From Eledone cirrhosa (lineage: Eukaryota), in assembly GCA_964016885.1 (NCBI GenBank), contig OZ024759.1, forward strand, positions 23,870,001 to 23,934,000: a DNA stretch of 64,000 bases. Reading direction: 5' to 3'. The notes under the pieces were generated by a model. The model was not told where the DNA came from. It worked only from the letters and a program-made list of their open reading frames with translations, and ran no database searches. Made by a program: the position numbers and the translations under genes. This document shows, piece after piece, positions 1 through 12,886 of this stretch (within the stretch, counting starts at the first letter, position 1; every line of letters begins with the position of its first letter).

Positions 1-431
1 TCTCTATATATCTCTATTTTCCTTTTAACGAAAAACACCATGCTGTCTGGCTATCTCTCTCCCAATCTACCTCATACTCTCTACCTCTTTTTGAGTAATC
101 CCTTGCTTGTCTTTCAAGCAAGTTGGTCTTTACTCCTATGGACGTATAAACCTTTACACTATCTCATAACCATTGCTATATTCATCTTTCCAAGTCATGT
201 GCTTTAACATTTTGAGCCCAGTTTACTTCGATATATCCCTATATATCTCTATTTTCCTTTTAACGAAAAACACCATGCTGTCTGGCTATCTCTCTCCCAA
301 TCTACCACATACTCTCTACCTCTTTTTGAGTAATCCCTTGCTTGTCTTTCAAGCAAGTTGGTCTTTACTCCTATGGACGTATAAACCTTTACACTATCTC
401 ATAACCATTCCTATATTCGTCTTTCCAAGTC

Positions 432-666
432 ATGTGCTTTAACACTTTGAGCCCAGTTTACTTCGATATATCCCTATATATCTCTATTTTCCTTTTAACG
501 GAAAACACCTTGCTGTCTGGCTATCTCTCTCCCAATCTACCTCATACTCTCTACCTCTTTTTGAGTAATCCCTTGCTTGTCTTTCAAGCAAGTTGGTCTT
601 TACTCCTATGGACGTATAAACCTTTACACTATCTCATAACCATTCCTATATTCATCTTTCCAAGTC
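432..666 (+). repeat. Representative monomer (235 bp, arbitrary phase starting at ATGTGC)
   Basis: Consensus read by eye: ATGTGCTTTAACACTTTGAGCCCAGTTTACTTCGATATATC(T/C)CTATATATCTCTATTTTCCTTTTAACGGAAAACACCATGCTGTCTGGCTATCTCTCTCCCAATCTACCTCATACTCTCTACCTCTTTTTGAGTAATCCCTTGCTTGTCTTTCAAGCAAGTTGGTCTTTACTCCTATGGACGTATAAACCTTTACACTATCTCATAACCATTCCTATATTCGTCTTTCCAAGTC. Hand count: A54 C64 G25 T92. Confidence 0.97.
572..592. repeat. Perfect inverted repeat in each monomer, CTTGCTTG-tcttt-CAAGCAAG (8-bp stem, 5-nt loop); example copy
   Basis: CTTGCTTG (572-579) is the reverse complement of CAAGCAAG (585-592). Present in most monomers. Confidence 0.95.
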
Positions 667-901
667 ATGTGCTTTAACATTTTGAGCCCAGTTTACTTCG
701 ATATATCCCTATATATCTCTATTTTCCTTTTAACGAAAAACACCATGCTGTCTGGCTATCTCTCTCCCAATCTACCACATACTCTCTACCTCTTTTTGAG
801 TAATCCCTTGCTTGTCTTTCAAGCAAGTTGGTCTTTACTCCTATGGACGTATAAACCTTTACACTATCTCATAACCATTCCTATATTCGTCTTTCCAAGT
901 C

Positions 902-3900
902 ATGTGCTTTAACACTTTGAGCCCAGTTTACTTCGATATATCTCTATATATCTCTATCTTCCTTTTAACGGAAAACACCATGCTGTCTGTCTATCTCTCA
1001 CCCAATCTACCTCATACTCTCTACCTATTTTTGAGTAATCCCTTGCTTGTCTTTCAAGCAAGTTGGTCTTTACTCCTATGGACGTATAAACCTTTACACT
1101 ATCTCATAACCAGTCCTATATTCGTATTTCCAAGTCATGTGCTTTAACACTTTGATCCCAGTTTACTTCGATATATCTCTATATATCTCTATCTTCCTTT
1201 TAACGGAAAACAACTTGCTGTCTGGCTATCTCTCTCCCATTCTACCTCATACTCTCTACCTCTTTTTGAGTAATCCCTTGCTTGTCTTTCAAGCAAGTTG
1301 GTCTTTACTCCTATGGACGTATAAACCTTTACACTATCTCATAACCATTCCTATATTCGTATTTCCAAGTCATGTGCTTTAACATTTTGAGCCCAGTTTA
1401 CTTCGATATATCCCTATATATCTCTATTTTCCTTTTAACGGAAAACACCATGCTGTCTGGCTATCTCTCTCCCAATCTACCTCATACTGTCTACCTCTTT
1501 TTGAGTAATCTCTTGCTTGTCTTTCAAGCAAGTTGGTCTTTACTCCTATGGACGTATAAACCATTACACTATCTCATAACCATTCCTATATTCGTCTTTC
1601 CAAGTCATGTGCTTTAACACTTTGAGCCCAGTTTACTTCGATATATCTCTATATATCTCTATTTTCCTTTTAACGGAAAACACCATGTTGTCTGGCTATC
1701 TCTCTCCCAATCTACCTCATACTCTCTACCTCTTTTTGAGTAATCCCTTGCTTGTCTTTCAAGCAAGTTGGTCTTTACTCCTATGGACGTATAAACCTTT
1801 ACACTATCTCATAACCATTCCTATATTCGTCTTTCCAAGTCATGTGCTTTAACACTTTGAACCCAGTTTACTTCGATACATCTCTATATATCTCTATTTT
1901 CCTTTTAACGTAAAACACCATGCTGTCTGGCTATCTCTCTCCCAATCTACCTCATACTCTCTACCTCTTTTTGAGTAATCCCTTGCTTGTCTTTCAAGCA
2001 AGTTGGTCTTTACTCCTATGGACGTATAAACCTTTACACTATCTCATAACCATTCCTATATTCATCTTTCCAAGTCATGTGCTTTAACATTTTGAGCCCA
2101 GTTTACTTCGATATATCCCTATATATCTCTATTTTCCTTTTAACGAAAAACACCATGCTGTCTGGCTATCTCTCTCCCAATCTACCACATACTCTCTACC
2201 TCTTTTTGAGTAATCCCTTGCTTGTCTTTCAAGCAAGTTGGTCTTTACTTCTATGGACGTATAAACCTTTACACTATCTCATAACCATTCCTATATTCGT
2301 CTTTCCAAGTCATGTGCTTTAACACTTTGAGCCCAGTTTACTTCGATATATCCCTATATATCTCTATTTTCCTTTTAACGGAAAACACCTTGCTGTCTGG
2401 CTATCTCTCTCCCAATCTACCTCATACTCTCTACCTCTTTTTGAGTAATCTCTTGCTTGTCTTTCAAGCAAGTTGGTCATTACTCCTATGGACGTATAAA
2501 CCTTTACGCTATCTCATAACCATTCCTATATTCGTATTTCCAAGTCATGTGCTTTAACACTTTGATCCCAGTTTACTTCGATATATCTCTATATATCTCT
2601 ATCTTCCTTTTAACGGAAAACACCATGCTGTCTGGCTATCTCTCACCCAATCTACCTCATACTCTCTACCTCTTTTTGAGTAATCCCTTGCTTGTCTTTC
2701 AAGCAAGTTGGTCTTTACTCCTATGGACGTATAAACCTTTACACTATCTCATAACCATTCCTATATTCGTCTTTCCAAGTCATGTGCTTTAACACTTTGA
2801 GCCCAGTTTACTTCGATACATCTCTATATATCTCTATTTTCCTTTTAACGTAAAACACCATGCTGTCTGGCTATCTCTCACCCAATCTACCTCATACTCT
2901 CTAGCTCTTTTTGAGTAATCCCTTGCTTATCTATCAAGCAAGTTGGTCTTTACTCCTATGGACGTATAAACCTTTACACTATCTCATAACCATTCCTATA
3001 TTCATCTTTCCAACTCATGTGCTTTAACATTTTGAGCCCAGTTTACTTCGATATATCCCTATATATCTCTATTTTCTTTTTAACAAAAAACACCATGCTG
3101 TCTGGCTATCTCTCTCCCAATCTACCACATACTCTCTACCTCTTTTTGAGTAATCCCTTGCTTGTCTTTCAAGCAAGTTGGTCTTTACTCCTATGGATGT
3201 ATAAACCTTTACACTATCTCATAACCATTCCTATATTCGTCTTTCCAAGTCATGTGCTTTAACACTTTGAGCCCAGTTTACTTCGATATATCCCTATATA
3301 TCTCTATTTTCCTTTTAACGGAAAACACCTTGCTGTCTGGCTATCTCTCTCCCAATCTACCTCATACTCTCTACCTCTGTTTGAGTAATCCCTTGCTTGT
3401 CTTTCAAGCAAGTTGGTCTTTACTCCTATGGACGTATAAACCTTTACACTATCTCATAACCATTCCTATATTCGTATTTCCAAGTCATGTGCTTTAACAT
3501 TTTGAGCCCAGTTTACTTCGATATATCCCTATATATCTCTATTTTCCTTTTAACGGAAAACACCATGCTGTCTGGCTATCTCTCTCCCAATCTACCTCAT
3601 ACTGTCTACCTCTTTTTGAGTAATCCCTTGCTTGTCTTTCAAGCAAGTTGGTCTTTACGCCTATGGACGTATAAACCATTACACTATCTCATAACCATTC
3701 CTATATTCGTCTTTCCAAGTCATGTGCTTTAACACTTTGAGCCCAGTTTACTTCGATATATCCCTATATATCTCTATTTTCCTTTTAACGGAAAGCACCT
3801 TGCTGTCTGGCTATCTCTCTCCCAATCTACCTCATACTCTCTACCTCTTTTTGAGTAATCCCTTGCTTGTCTTTCAAGCAAGTTGGTCTTTACTCCTATG

Positions 3901-6900
3901 GACGTATAAACCTTTACACTATCTCATAACCATTCCTATATTCGTCTTTCCAAGTCATGTGCTTTAACATTTTGAGCCCAGTTTACTTCGATATATCCCT
4001 ATATATCTCTATTTTCCTTTTAACGAAAAACACCATGCTGTCTGGTTATCTCTCTCCCAATCTACCACATACTCTCTACCTCTTTTTGAGTAATCCCTTG
4101 CTTGTCTTTCAAGCAAGTTGGTCTTTACTCCTATGGACGTATAAATCTTTACACTATCTCATAACCATTCCTATATTCGTCTTTCCAAGTCATGTGCTTT
4201 AACACTTTGAGCCCAGTTTACTTCGATATATCCCTATATATCTCTATTTTCCTTTTAACGGAAAACACCTTGCTGTCTGGCTATCTCTCTCCCAATCTAC
4301 CTCATACTCTCTACCTCTTTTTGAGTAATCTCTTGCTTGTCTTTCAAGCAAGTTGGTCTTTACTCCTATGGACGTATAAACCTTTACGCTATCTCATAAC
4401 CATTCCTATATTCGTCTTTCCAAGTCATGTGCTTTCACACTTTGAGCCCAGTTTACTTCGATATATCTCTATATATCTCTATCTTCCTTTTAACGGAAAA
4501 CACCATGCTGTCTGTCTATCTCTCACCCAATCTACCTCATACTCTCTACCTATTTTTGAGTAATCCCTTGCTTGTCTTTCAAGCAAGTTGGTCTTTACTC
4601 CTATGGACGTATAAACCTTTACACTATCTCATAACCAGTCCTATATTCGTATTTCCAAGTCATGTGCTTTAACACTTTGATCCCAGTTTACTTCGATATA
4701 TCTCTATATATCTCTATCTTCCTTTTAACGGAAAACAACTTGCTGTCTGGCTATCTCTCTCCCATTCTACCTCATACTCTCTACCTCTTTTTGAGTAATC
4801 CCTTGCTTGTCTTTCAAGCAAGTTGGTCTTTACTCCTATGGACGTATAAACCTTTACACTATCTCATAACCATTCCTATATTCGTATTTCCAAGTCATGT
4901 GCTTTAACATTTTGAGCCCAGTTTACTTCGATATATCCCTATATATCTCTATTTTCCTTTTAACGGAAAACACCATGCTGTCTGGCTATCTCTCTCCCAA
5001 TCTACCTCATACTGTCTACCTCTTTTTGAGTAATCTCTTGCTTGTCTTTCAAGCAAGTTGGTCTTTACTCCTATGGACGTATAAACCATTACACTATCTC
5101 ATAACCATTCCTATATTCGTCTTTCCAAGTCATGTGCTTTAACACTTTGAGCCCAGTTTACTTCGATATATCTCTATATATCTCTATTTTCCTTTTAACG
5201 GAAAACACCATGTTGTCTGGCTATCTCTCTCCCAATCTACCTCATACTCTCTACCTCTTTTTGAGTAATCCCTTGCTTGTCTTTCAAGCAAGTTGGTCTT
5301 TACTCCTATGGACGTATAAACCTTTACACTATCTCATAACCATTCCTATATTCGTCTTTCCAAGTCATGTGCTTTAACACTTTGAGCCCAGTTTACTTCG
5401 ATACATCTCTATATATCTCTATTTTCCTTTTAACGTAAAACACCATGCTGTCTGGCTATCTCTCTCCCAATCTACCTCATACTCTCTACCTCTTTTTGAG
5501 TAATCCCTTGCTTGTCTTTCAAGCAAGTTGGTCTTTACTCCTATGGACGTATAAACCTTTACACTATCTCATAACCATTCCTATATTCATCTTTCCAAGT
5601 CATGTGCTTTAACATTTTGAGCCCAGTTTACTTCGATATATCCCTATATATCTCTATTTTCCTTTTAACGAAAAACACCATGCTGTCTGGCTATCTCTCT
5701 CCCAATCTACCACATACTCTCTACCTCTTTTTGAGTAATCCCTTGCTTGTCTTTCAAGCAAGTTGGTCTTTACTCCTATGGACGTATAAACCTTTACACT
5801 ATCTCATAACCATTCCTATATTCGTCTTTCCAAGTCATGTGCTTTAACACTTTGAGCCCAGTTTACTTCGATATATCCCTATATATCTCTATTTTCCTTT
5901 TAACGGAAAACACCTTGCTGTCTGGCTATCTCTCTCCCAATCTACCTAATACTCTCTACCTCTTTTTGAGTAATCTCTTGCTTGTCTTTCAAGCAAGTTG
6001 GTCATTACTCCTATGGACGTATAAACCTTTACGCTATCTCATAACCATTCCTATATTCGTATTTCCAAGTCATGTGCTTTAACACTTTGATCCCAGTTTA
6101 CTTCGATATATCTCTATATATCTCTATCTTCCTTTTAACGGAAAACACCATGCTGTCTGGCTATCTCTCACCCAATCTACCTCATACTCTCTACCTCTTT
6201 TTGAGTAATCCCTTGCTTGTCTTTCAAGCAAGTTGGTCTTTACTCCTATGGACGTATAAACCTTTACACTATCTCATAACCATTCCTATATTCGTCTTTC
6301 CAAGTCATGTGCTTTAACACTTTGAGCCCAGTTTACTTCGATACATCTCTATATATCTCTATTTTCCTTTTAACGTAAAACACCATGCTGTCTGGCTATC
6401 TCTCACCCAATCTACCTCATACTCTCTAGCTCTTTTTGAGTAATCCCTTGCTTATCTATCAAGCAAGTTGGTCTTTACTCCTATGGACGTATAAACCTTT
6501 ACACTATCTCATAACCATTCCTATATTCATCTTTCCAACTCATGTGCTTTAACATTTTGAGCCCAGTTTACTTCGATATATCCCTATATATCTCTATTTT
6601 CTTTTTAACGAAAAACACCATGCTGTCTGGCTATCTCTCTCCCAATCTACCACATACTCTCTACCTCTTTTTGAGTAATCCCTTGCTTGTCTTTCAAGCA
6701 AGTTGGTCTTTACTCCTATGGATGTATAAACCTTTACACTATCTCATAACCATTCCTATATTCGTCTTTCCAAGTCATGTGCTTTAACACTTTGAGCCCA
6801 GTTTACTTCGATATATCCCTATATATCTCTATTTTCCTTTTAACGGAAAACACCATGCTGTCTGGCTATCTCTCTCCCAATCTACCTCATACTCTCTACC

Positions 6901-9900
6901 TCTTTTTGAGTAATCCCTTGCTTGTCTTTCAAGCAAGTTGGTCTTTACTCCTATGGACGTATAAACCTTTACACTATCTCATAACCATTCCTATATTCAT
7001 CTTTCCAACTCATGTGCTTTAACATTTTGAGCCCAGTTTACTTCGATATATCCCTATATATCTCTATTTTCTTTTTAACGAAAAACACCATGCTGTCTGG
7101 CTATCTCTCTCCCAATCTACCACATACTCTCTACCTCTTTTTGAGTAATCCCTTGCTTGTCTTTCAAGCAAGTTGGTCTTTACTCCTATGGACGTATAAA
7201 CCTTTACACTATCTCATAACCATTCCTATATTCGTCTTTCCAAGTCATGTGCTTTAACACTTTGAGCCCAGTTTACTTCGATATATCCCTATATATCTCT
7301 ATTTTCCTTTTAACGGAAAACACCTTGCTGTCTGGCTATCTCTCTCCCAATCTACCTCATACTCTCTACCTCTGTTTGAGTAATCCCTTGCTTGTCTTTC
7401 AAGCAAGTTGGTCTTTACTCCTATGGACGTATAAACCTTTACACTATCTCATAACCATTCCTATATTCGTCTTTCCAAGTCATGTGCTTTCACACTTTGA
7501 GCCCAGTTTACTTCGATATATCTCTATATATCTCTATCTTCCTTTTAACGGAAAACACCATGCTGTCTGGCTATCTCTCACCCAATCTACCTCATACTCT
7601 CTACCTCTTTTTGAGTAATCCCTTGCTTGTCTTTCAAGCAAGTTGGTCTTTACTCCTATGGACGTATAAACCTTTACACTATCTCATAACCATTCCTATA
7701 TTCGTCTTTCCAAGTCATGTGCTTTAACACTTTGATCCCAGTTTACTTCGATATATCTCTATATATCTCTATTTTCCTTTTAACGGAAAACACCATGCTG
7801 TCTGGCTATCTCTCTCCCAATCTACCTCATACTCTCTAGCTCTTTTTGAGTAATCCCTTGCTTGTCTTTCAAGCAAGTTGGTCTTTACTCCTATGGACGT
7901 ATAAACCTTTACACTATCTCATAACCATTCCTATATTCGTCTTTCCAAGTCATGTGCTTTAACACTTTGAGCCCAGTTTACTTCGATATATCTCTATATA
8001 TCTCTATCTTCCTTTTAACGGAAAACACCATGCTGTCTGTCTATCTCTCACCCAATCTACCTCATACTCTCTACCTATTTTTGAGTAATCCCTTGCTTGT
8101 CTTTCAAGCAAGTTGGTCTTTACTCCTATGGACGTATAAACCTTTACACTATCTCATAACCAGTCCTATATTCGTATTTCCAAGTCATGTGCTTTAACAC
8201 TTTGATCCCAGTTTACTTCGATATATCTCTATATATCTCTATCTTCCTTTTAACGGAAAACAACTTGCTGTCTGGCTATCTCTCTCCCATTCTACCTCAT
8301 ACTCTCTACCTCTTTTTGAGTAATCCCTTGCTTGTCTTTCAAGCAAGTTGGTCTTTACTCCTATGGACGTATAAACCTTTACACTATCTCATAACCATTC
8401 CTATATTCGTATTTCCAAGTCATGTGCTTTAACATTTTGAGCCCAGTTTACTTCGATATATCCCTATATATCTCTATTTTCCTTTTAACGGAAAACACCA
8501 TGCTGTCTGGCTATCTCTCTCCCAATCTACCTCATACTGTCTACCTCTTTTTGAGTAATCTCTTGCTTGTCTTTCAAGCAAGTTGGTCTTTACTCCTATG
8601 GACGTATAAACCATTACACTATCTCATAACCATTCCTATATTCGTCTTTCCAAGTCATGTGCTTTAACACTTTGAGCCCAGTTTACTTCGATATATCTCT
8701 ATATATCTCTATTTTCCTTTTAACGGAAAACACCATGTTGTCTGGCTATCTCTCTCCCAATCTACCTCATACTCTCTACCTCTTTTTGAGTAATCCCTTG
8801 CTTGTCTTTCAAGCAAGTTGGTCTTTACTCCTATGGACGTATAAACCTTTACACTATCTCATAACCATTCCTATATTCGTCTTTCCAAGTCATGTGCTTT
8901 AACACTTTGAGCCCAGTTTACTTCGATACATCTCTATATATCTCTATTTTCCTTTTAACGTAAAACACCATGCTGTCTGGCTATCTCTCTCCCAATCTAC
9001 CTCATACTCTCTACCTCTTTTTGAGTAATCCCTTGCTTGTCTTTCAAGCAAGTTGGTCTTTACTCCTATGGACGTATAAACCTTTACACTATCTCATAAC
9101 CATTCCTATATTCATCTTTCCAAGTCATGTGCTTTAACATTTTGAGCCCAGTTTACTTCGATATATCCCTATATATCTCTATTTTCCTTTTAACGAAAAA
9201 CACCATGCTGTCTGGCTATCTCTCTCCCAATCTACCTAATACTCTCTACCTCTTTTTGAGTAATCTCTTGCTTGTCTTTCAAGCAAGTTGGTCATTACTC
9301 CTATGGACGTATAAACCTTTACGCTATCTCATAACCATTCCTATATTCGTATTTCCAAGTCATGTGCTTTAACACTTTGATCCCAGTTTACTTCGATATA
9401 TCTCTATATATCTCTATCTTCCTTTTAACGGAAAACACCATGCTGTCTGGCTATCTCTCACCCAATCTACCTCATACTCTCTACCTCTTTTTGAGTAATC
9501 CCTTGCTTGTCTTTCAAGCAAGTTGGTCTTTACTCCTATGGACGTATAAACCTTTACACTATCTCATAACCATTCCTATATTCGTCTTTCCAAGTCATGT
9601 GCTTTAACACTTTGAGCCCAGTTTACTTCGATACATCTCTATATATCTCTATTTTCCTTTTAACGTAAAACACCATGCTGTCTGGCTATCTCTCACCCAA
9701 TCTACCTCATACTCTCTAGCTCTTTTTGAGTAATCCCTTGCTTATCTATCAAGCAAGTTGGTCTTTACTCCTATGGACGTATAAACCTTTACACTATCTC
9801 ATAACCATTCCTATATTCATCTTTCCAACTCATGTGCTTTAACATTTTGAGCCCAGTTTACTTCGATATATCCCTATATATCTCTATTTTCTTTTTAACG

Positions 9901-10066
9901 AAAAACACCATGCTGTCTGGCTATCTCTCTCCCAATCTACCACATACTCTCTACCTCTTTTTGAGTAATCCCTTGCTTGTCTTTCAAGCAAGTTGGTCTT
10001 TACTCCTATGGATGTATAAACCTTTACACTATCTCATAACCATTCCTATATTCGTCTTTCCAAGTC
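902..10066. repeat. Higher-order repeat: a 10-monomer block recurring at a 15-monomer (3525 bp) period
   Basis: The diagnostic monomer (TCTGTCTATC, CCTATTTT, CAGTCC) starts at 902, 4427 and 7952. Each is followed by the same ordered variants up to the GGATGT monomer (3017, 6542, 9832). The third copy is one monomer shorter. Confidence 0.9.
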
Positions 10067-12886
10067 ATGTGCTTTAACACTTTGAGCCCAGTTTACTTCG
10101 ATATATCCCTATATATCTCTATTTTCCTTTTAACGGAAAACACCTTGCTGTCTGGCTATCTCTCTCCCAATCTACCTCATACTCTCTACCTCTGTTTGAG
10201 TAATCCCTTGCTTGTCTTTCAAGCAAGTTGGTCTTTACTCCTATGGACGTATAAACCTTTACACTATCTCATAACCATTCCTATATTCGTATTTCCAAGT
10301 CATGTGCTTTAACATTTTGAGCCCAGTTTACTTCGATATATCCCTATATATCTCTATTTTCCTTTTAACGGAAAACACCATGCTGTCTGGCTATCTCTCT
10401 CCCAATCTACCTCATACTGTCTACCTCTTTTTGAGTAATCCCTTGCTTGTCTTTCAAGCAAGTTGGTCTTTACGCCTATGGACGTATAAACCATTACACT
10501 ATCTCATAACCATTCCTATATTCGTCTTTCCAAGTCATGTGCTTTAACACTTTGAGCCCAGTTTACTTCGATATATCCCTATATATCTCTATTTTCCTTT
10601 TAACGGAAAGCACCTTGCTGTCTGGCTATCTCTCTCCCAATCTACCTCATACTCTCTACCTCTTTTTGAGTAATCCCTTGCTTGTCTTTCAAGCAAGTTG
10701 GTCTTTACTCCTATGGACGTATAAACCTTTACACTATCTCATAACCATTCCTATATTCGTATTTCCAAGTCATGTGCTTTAACATTTTGAGCCCAGTTTA
10801 CTTCGATATATCCCTATATATCTCTATTTTCCTTTTAACGGAAAACACCATGCTGTCTGGCTATCTCTCTCCCAATCTACCTCATACTCTCTACCTCTTT
10901 TTGAGTAATCCCTTGCTTGTCTTTCAAGCAAGTTGGTCTTTACTCCTATGGACGTATAAACCTTTACACTATCTCATAACCATTCCTATATTCATCTTTC
11001 CAACTCATGTGCTTTAACATTTTGAGCCCAGTTTACTTCGATATATCCCTATATATCTCTATTTTCTTTTTAACGAAAAACACCATGCTGTCTGGCTATC
11101 TCTCTCCCAATCTACCACATACTCTCTACCTCTTTTTGAGTAATCCCTTGCTTGTCTTTCAAGCAAGTTGGTCTTTACTCCTATGGACGTATAAACCTTT
11201 ACACTATCTCATAACCATTCCTATATTCGTCTTTCCAAGTCATGTGCTTTAACACTTTGAGCCCAGTTTACTTCGATATATCCCTATATATCTCTATTTT
11301 CCTTTTAACGGAAAACACCTTGCTGTCTGGCTATCTCTCTCCCAATCTACCTCATACTCTCTACCTCTGTTTGAGTAATCCCTTGCTTGTCTTTCAAGCA
11401 AGTTGGTCTTTACTCCTATGGACGTATAAACCTTTACACTATCTCATAACCATTCCTATATTCGTCTTTCCAAGTCATGTGCTTTCACACTTTGAGCCCA
11501 GTTTACTTCGATATATCTCTATATATCTCTATCTTCCTTTTAACGGAAAACACCATGCTGTCTGGCTATCTCTCACCCAATCTACCTCATACTCTCTACC
11601 TCTTTTTGAGTAATCCCTTGCTTGTCTTTCAAGCAAGTTGGTCTTTACTCCTATGGACGTATAAACCTTTACACTATCTCATAACCATTCCTATATTCGT
11701 CTTTCCAAGTCATGTGCTTTAACACTTTGATCCCAGTTTACTTCGATATATCTCTATATATCTCTATTTTCCTTTTAACGGAAAACACCATGCTGTCTGG
11801 CTATCTCTCTCCCAATCTACCTCATACTCTCTAGCTCTTTTTGAGTAATCCCTTGCTTGTCTTTCAAGCAAGTTGGTCTTTACTCCTATGGACGTATAAA
11901 CCTTTACACTATCTCATAACCATTCCTATATTCGTCTTTCCAAGTCATGTGCTTTAACACTTTGAGCCCAGTTTACTTCGATATATCCCTATATATCTCT
12001 ATTTTCCTTTTAACGGAAAACACCTTGCTGTCTGGCTATCTCTCTCCCAATCTACCTCATACTCTCTACCTCTGTTTGAGTAATCCCTTGCTTGTCTTTC
12101 AAGCAAGTTGGTCTTTACTCCTATGGACGTATAAACCTTTACACTATCTCATAACCATTCCTATATTCGTATTTCCAAGTCATGTGCTTTAACATTTTGA
12201 GCCCAGTTTACTTCGATATATCCCTATATATCTCTATTTTCCTTTTAACGGAAAACACCATGCTGTCTGGCTATCTCTCTCCCAATCTACCTCATACTGT
12301 CTACCTCTTTTTGAGTAATCCCTTGCTTGTCTTTCAAGCAAGTTGGTCTTTACGCCTATGGACGTATAAACCATTACACTATCTCATAACCATTCCTATA
12401 TTCGTCTTTCCAAGTCATGTGCTTTAACACTTTGAGCCCAGTTTACTTCGATATATCCCTATATATCTCTATTTTCCTTTTAACGAAAAACACCATGCTG
12501 TCTGGCTATCTCTCTCCCTATCTACCTCATACTCTCTACCTCTTTTTGAGTAATCCCTTGCTTGTCTTTCAAGCAAGTTGGTCTTTACTCCTATGGACGT
12601 ATAAACCTTTACACTATCTCATAACCATTCCTATATTCATCTTTCCAAGTCATGTGCTTTAACATTTTGAGCCCAGTTTACTTCGATATATCCCTATATA
12701 TCTCTATTTTCCTTTTAACGAAAAACACCATGCTGTCTGGCTATCTCTCTCCCAATCTACCACATACTCTCTACCTCTTTTTGAGTAATCCCTTGCTTGT
12801 CTTTCAAGCAAGTTGGTCTTTACTCCTATGGACGTATAAACCATTACACTATCTCATAACCATTCCTATATTCGTCTTTCCAAGTC

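Noticed and set aside
461-477. CENP-B box or Pol III B-box at CTTCGATATATCCC
   Set aside because: TTCG....A is present but the required CGGG is not. There is no GTTCGA B-box, A-box or tRNA fold.
615-620. TATAAA box about 50 bp upstream of each ATG
   Set aside because: A hexamer like this is expected by chance in AT-rich DNA, and there is no other promoter evidence.
432-666. Mouse major satellite (234 bp) or alpha satellite identity
   Set aside because: Only the length resembles mouse major satellite. The GAAAA(A/C)TGA-type subrepeats and alpha satellite motifs are absent.
432-666. Hammerhead ribozyme as found in some satellite transcripts
   Set aside because: No CTGANGA core on either strand of the consensus.
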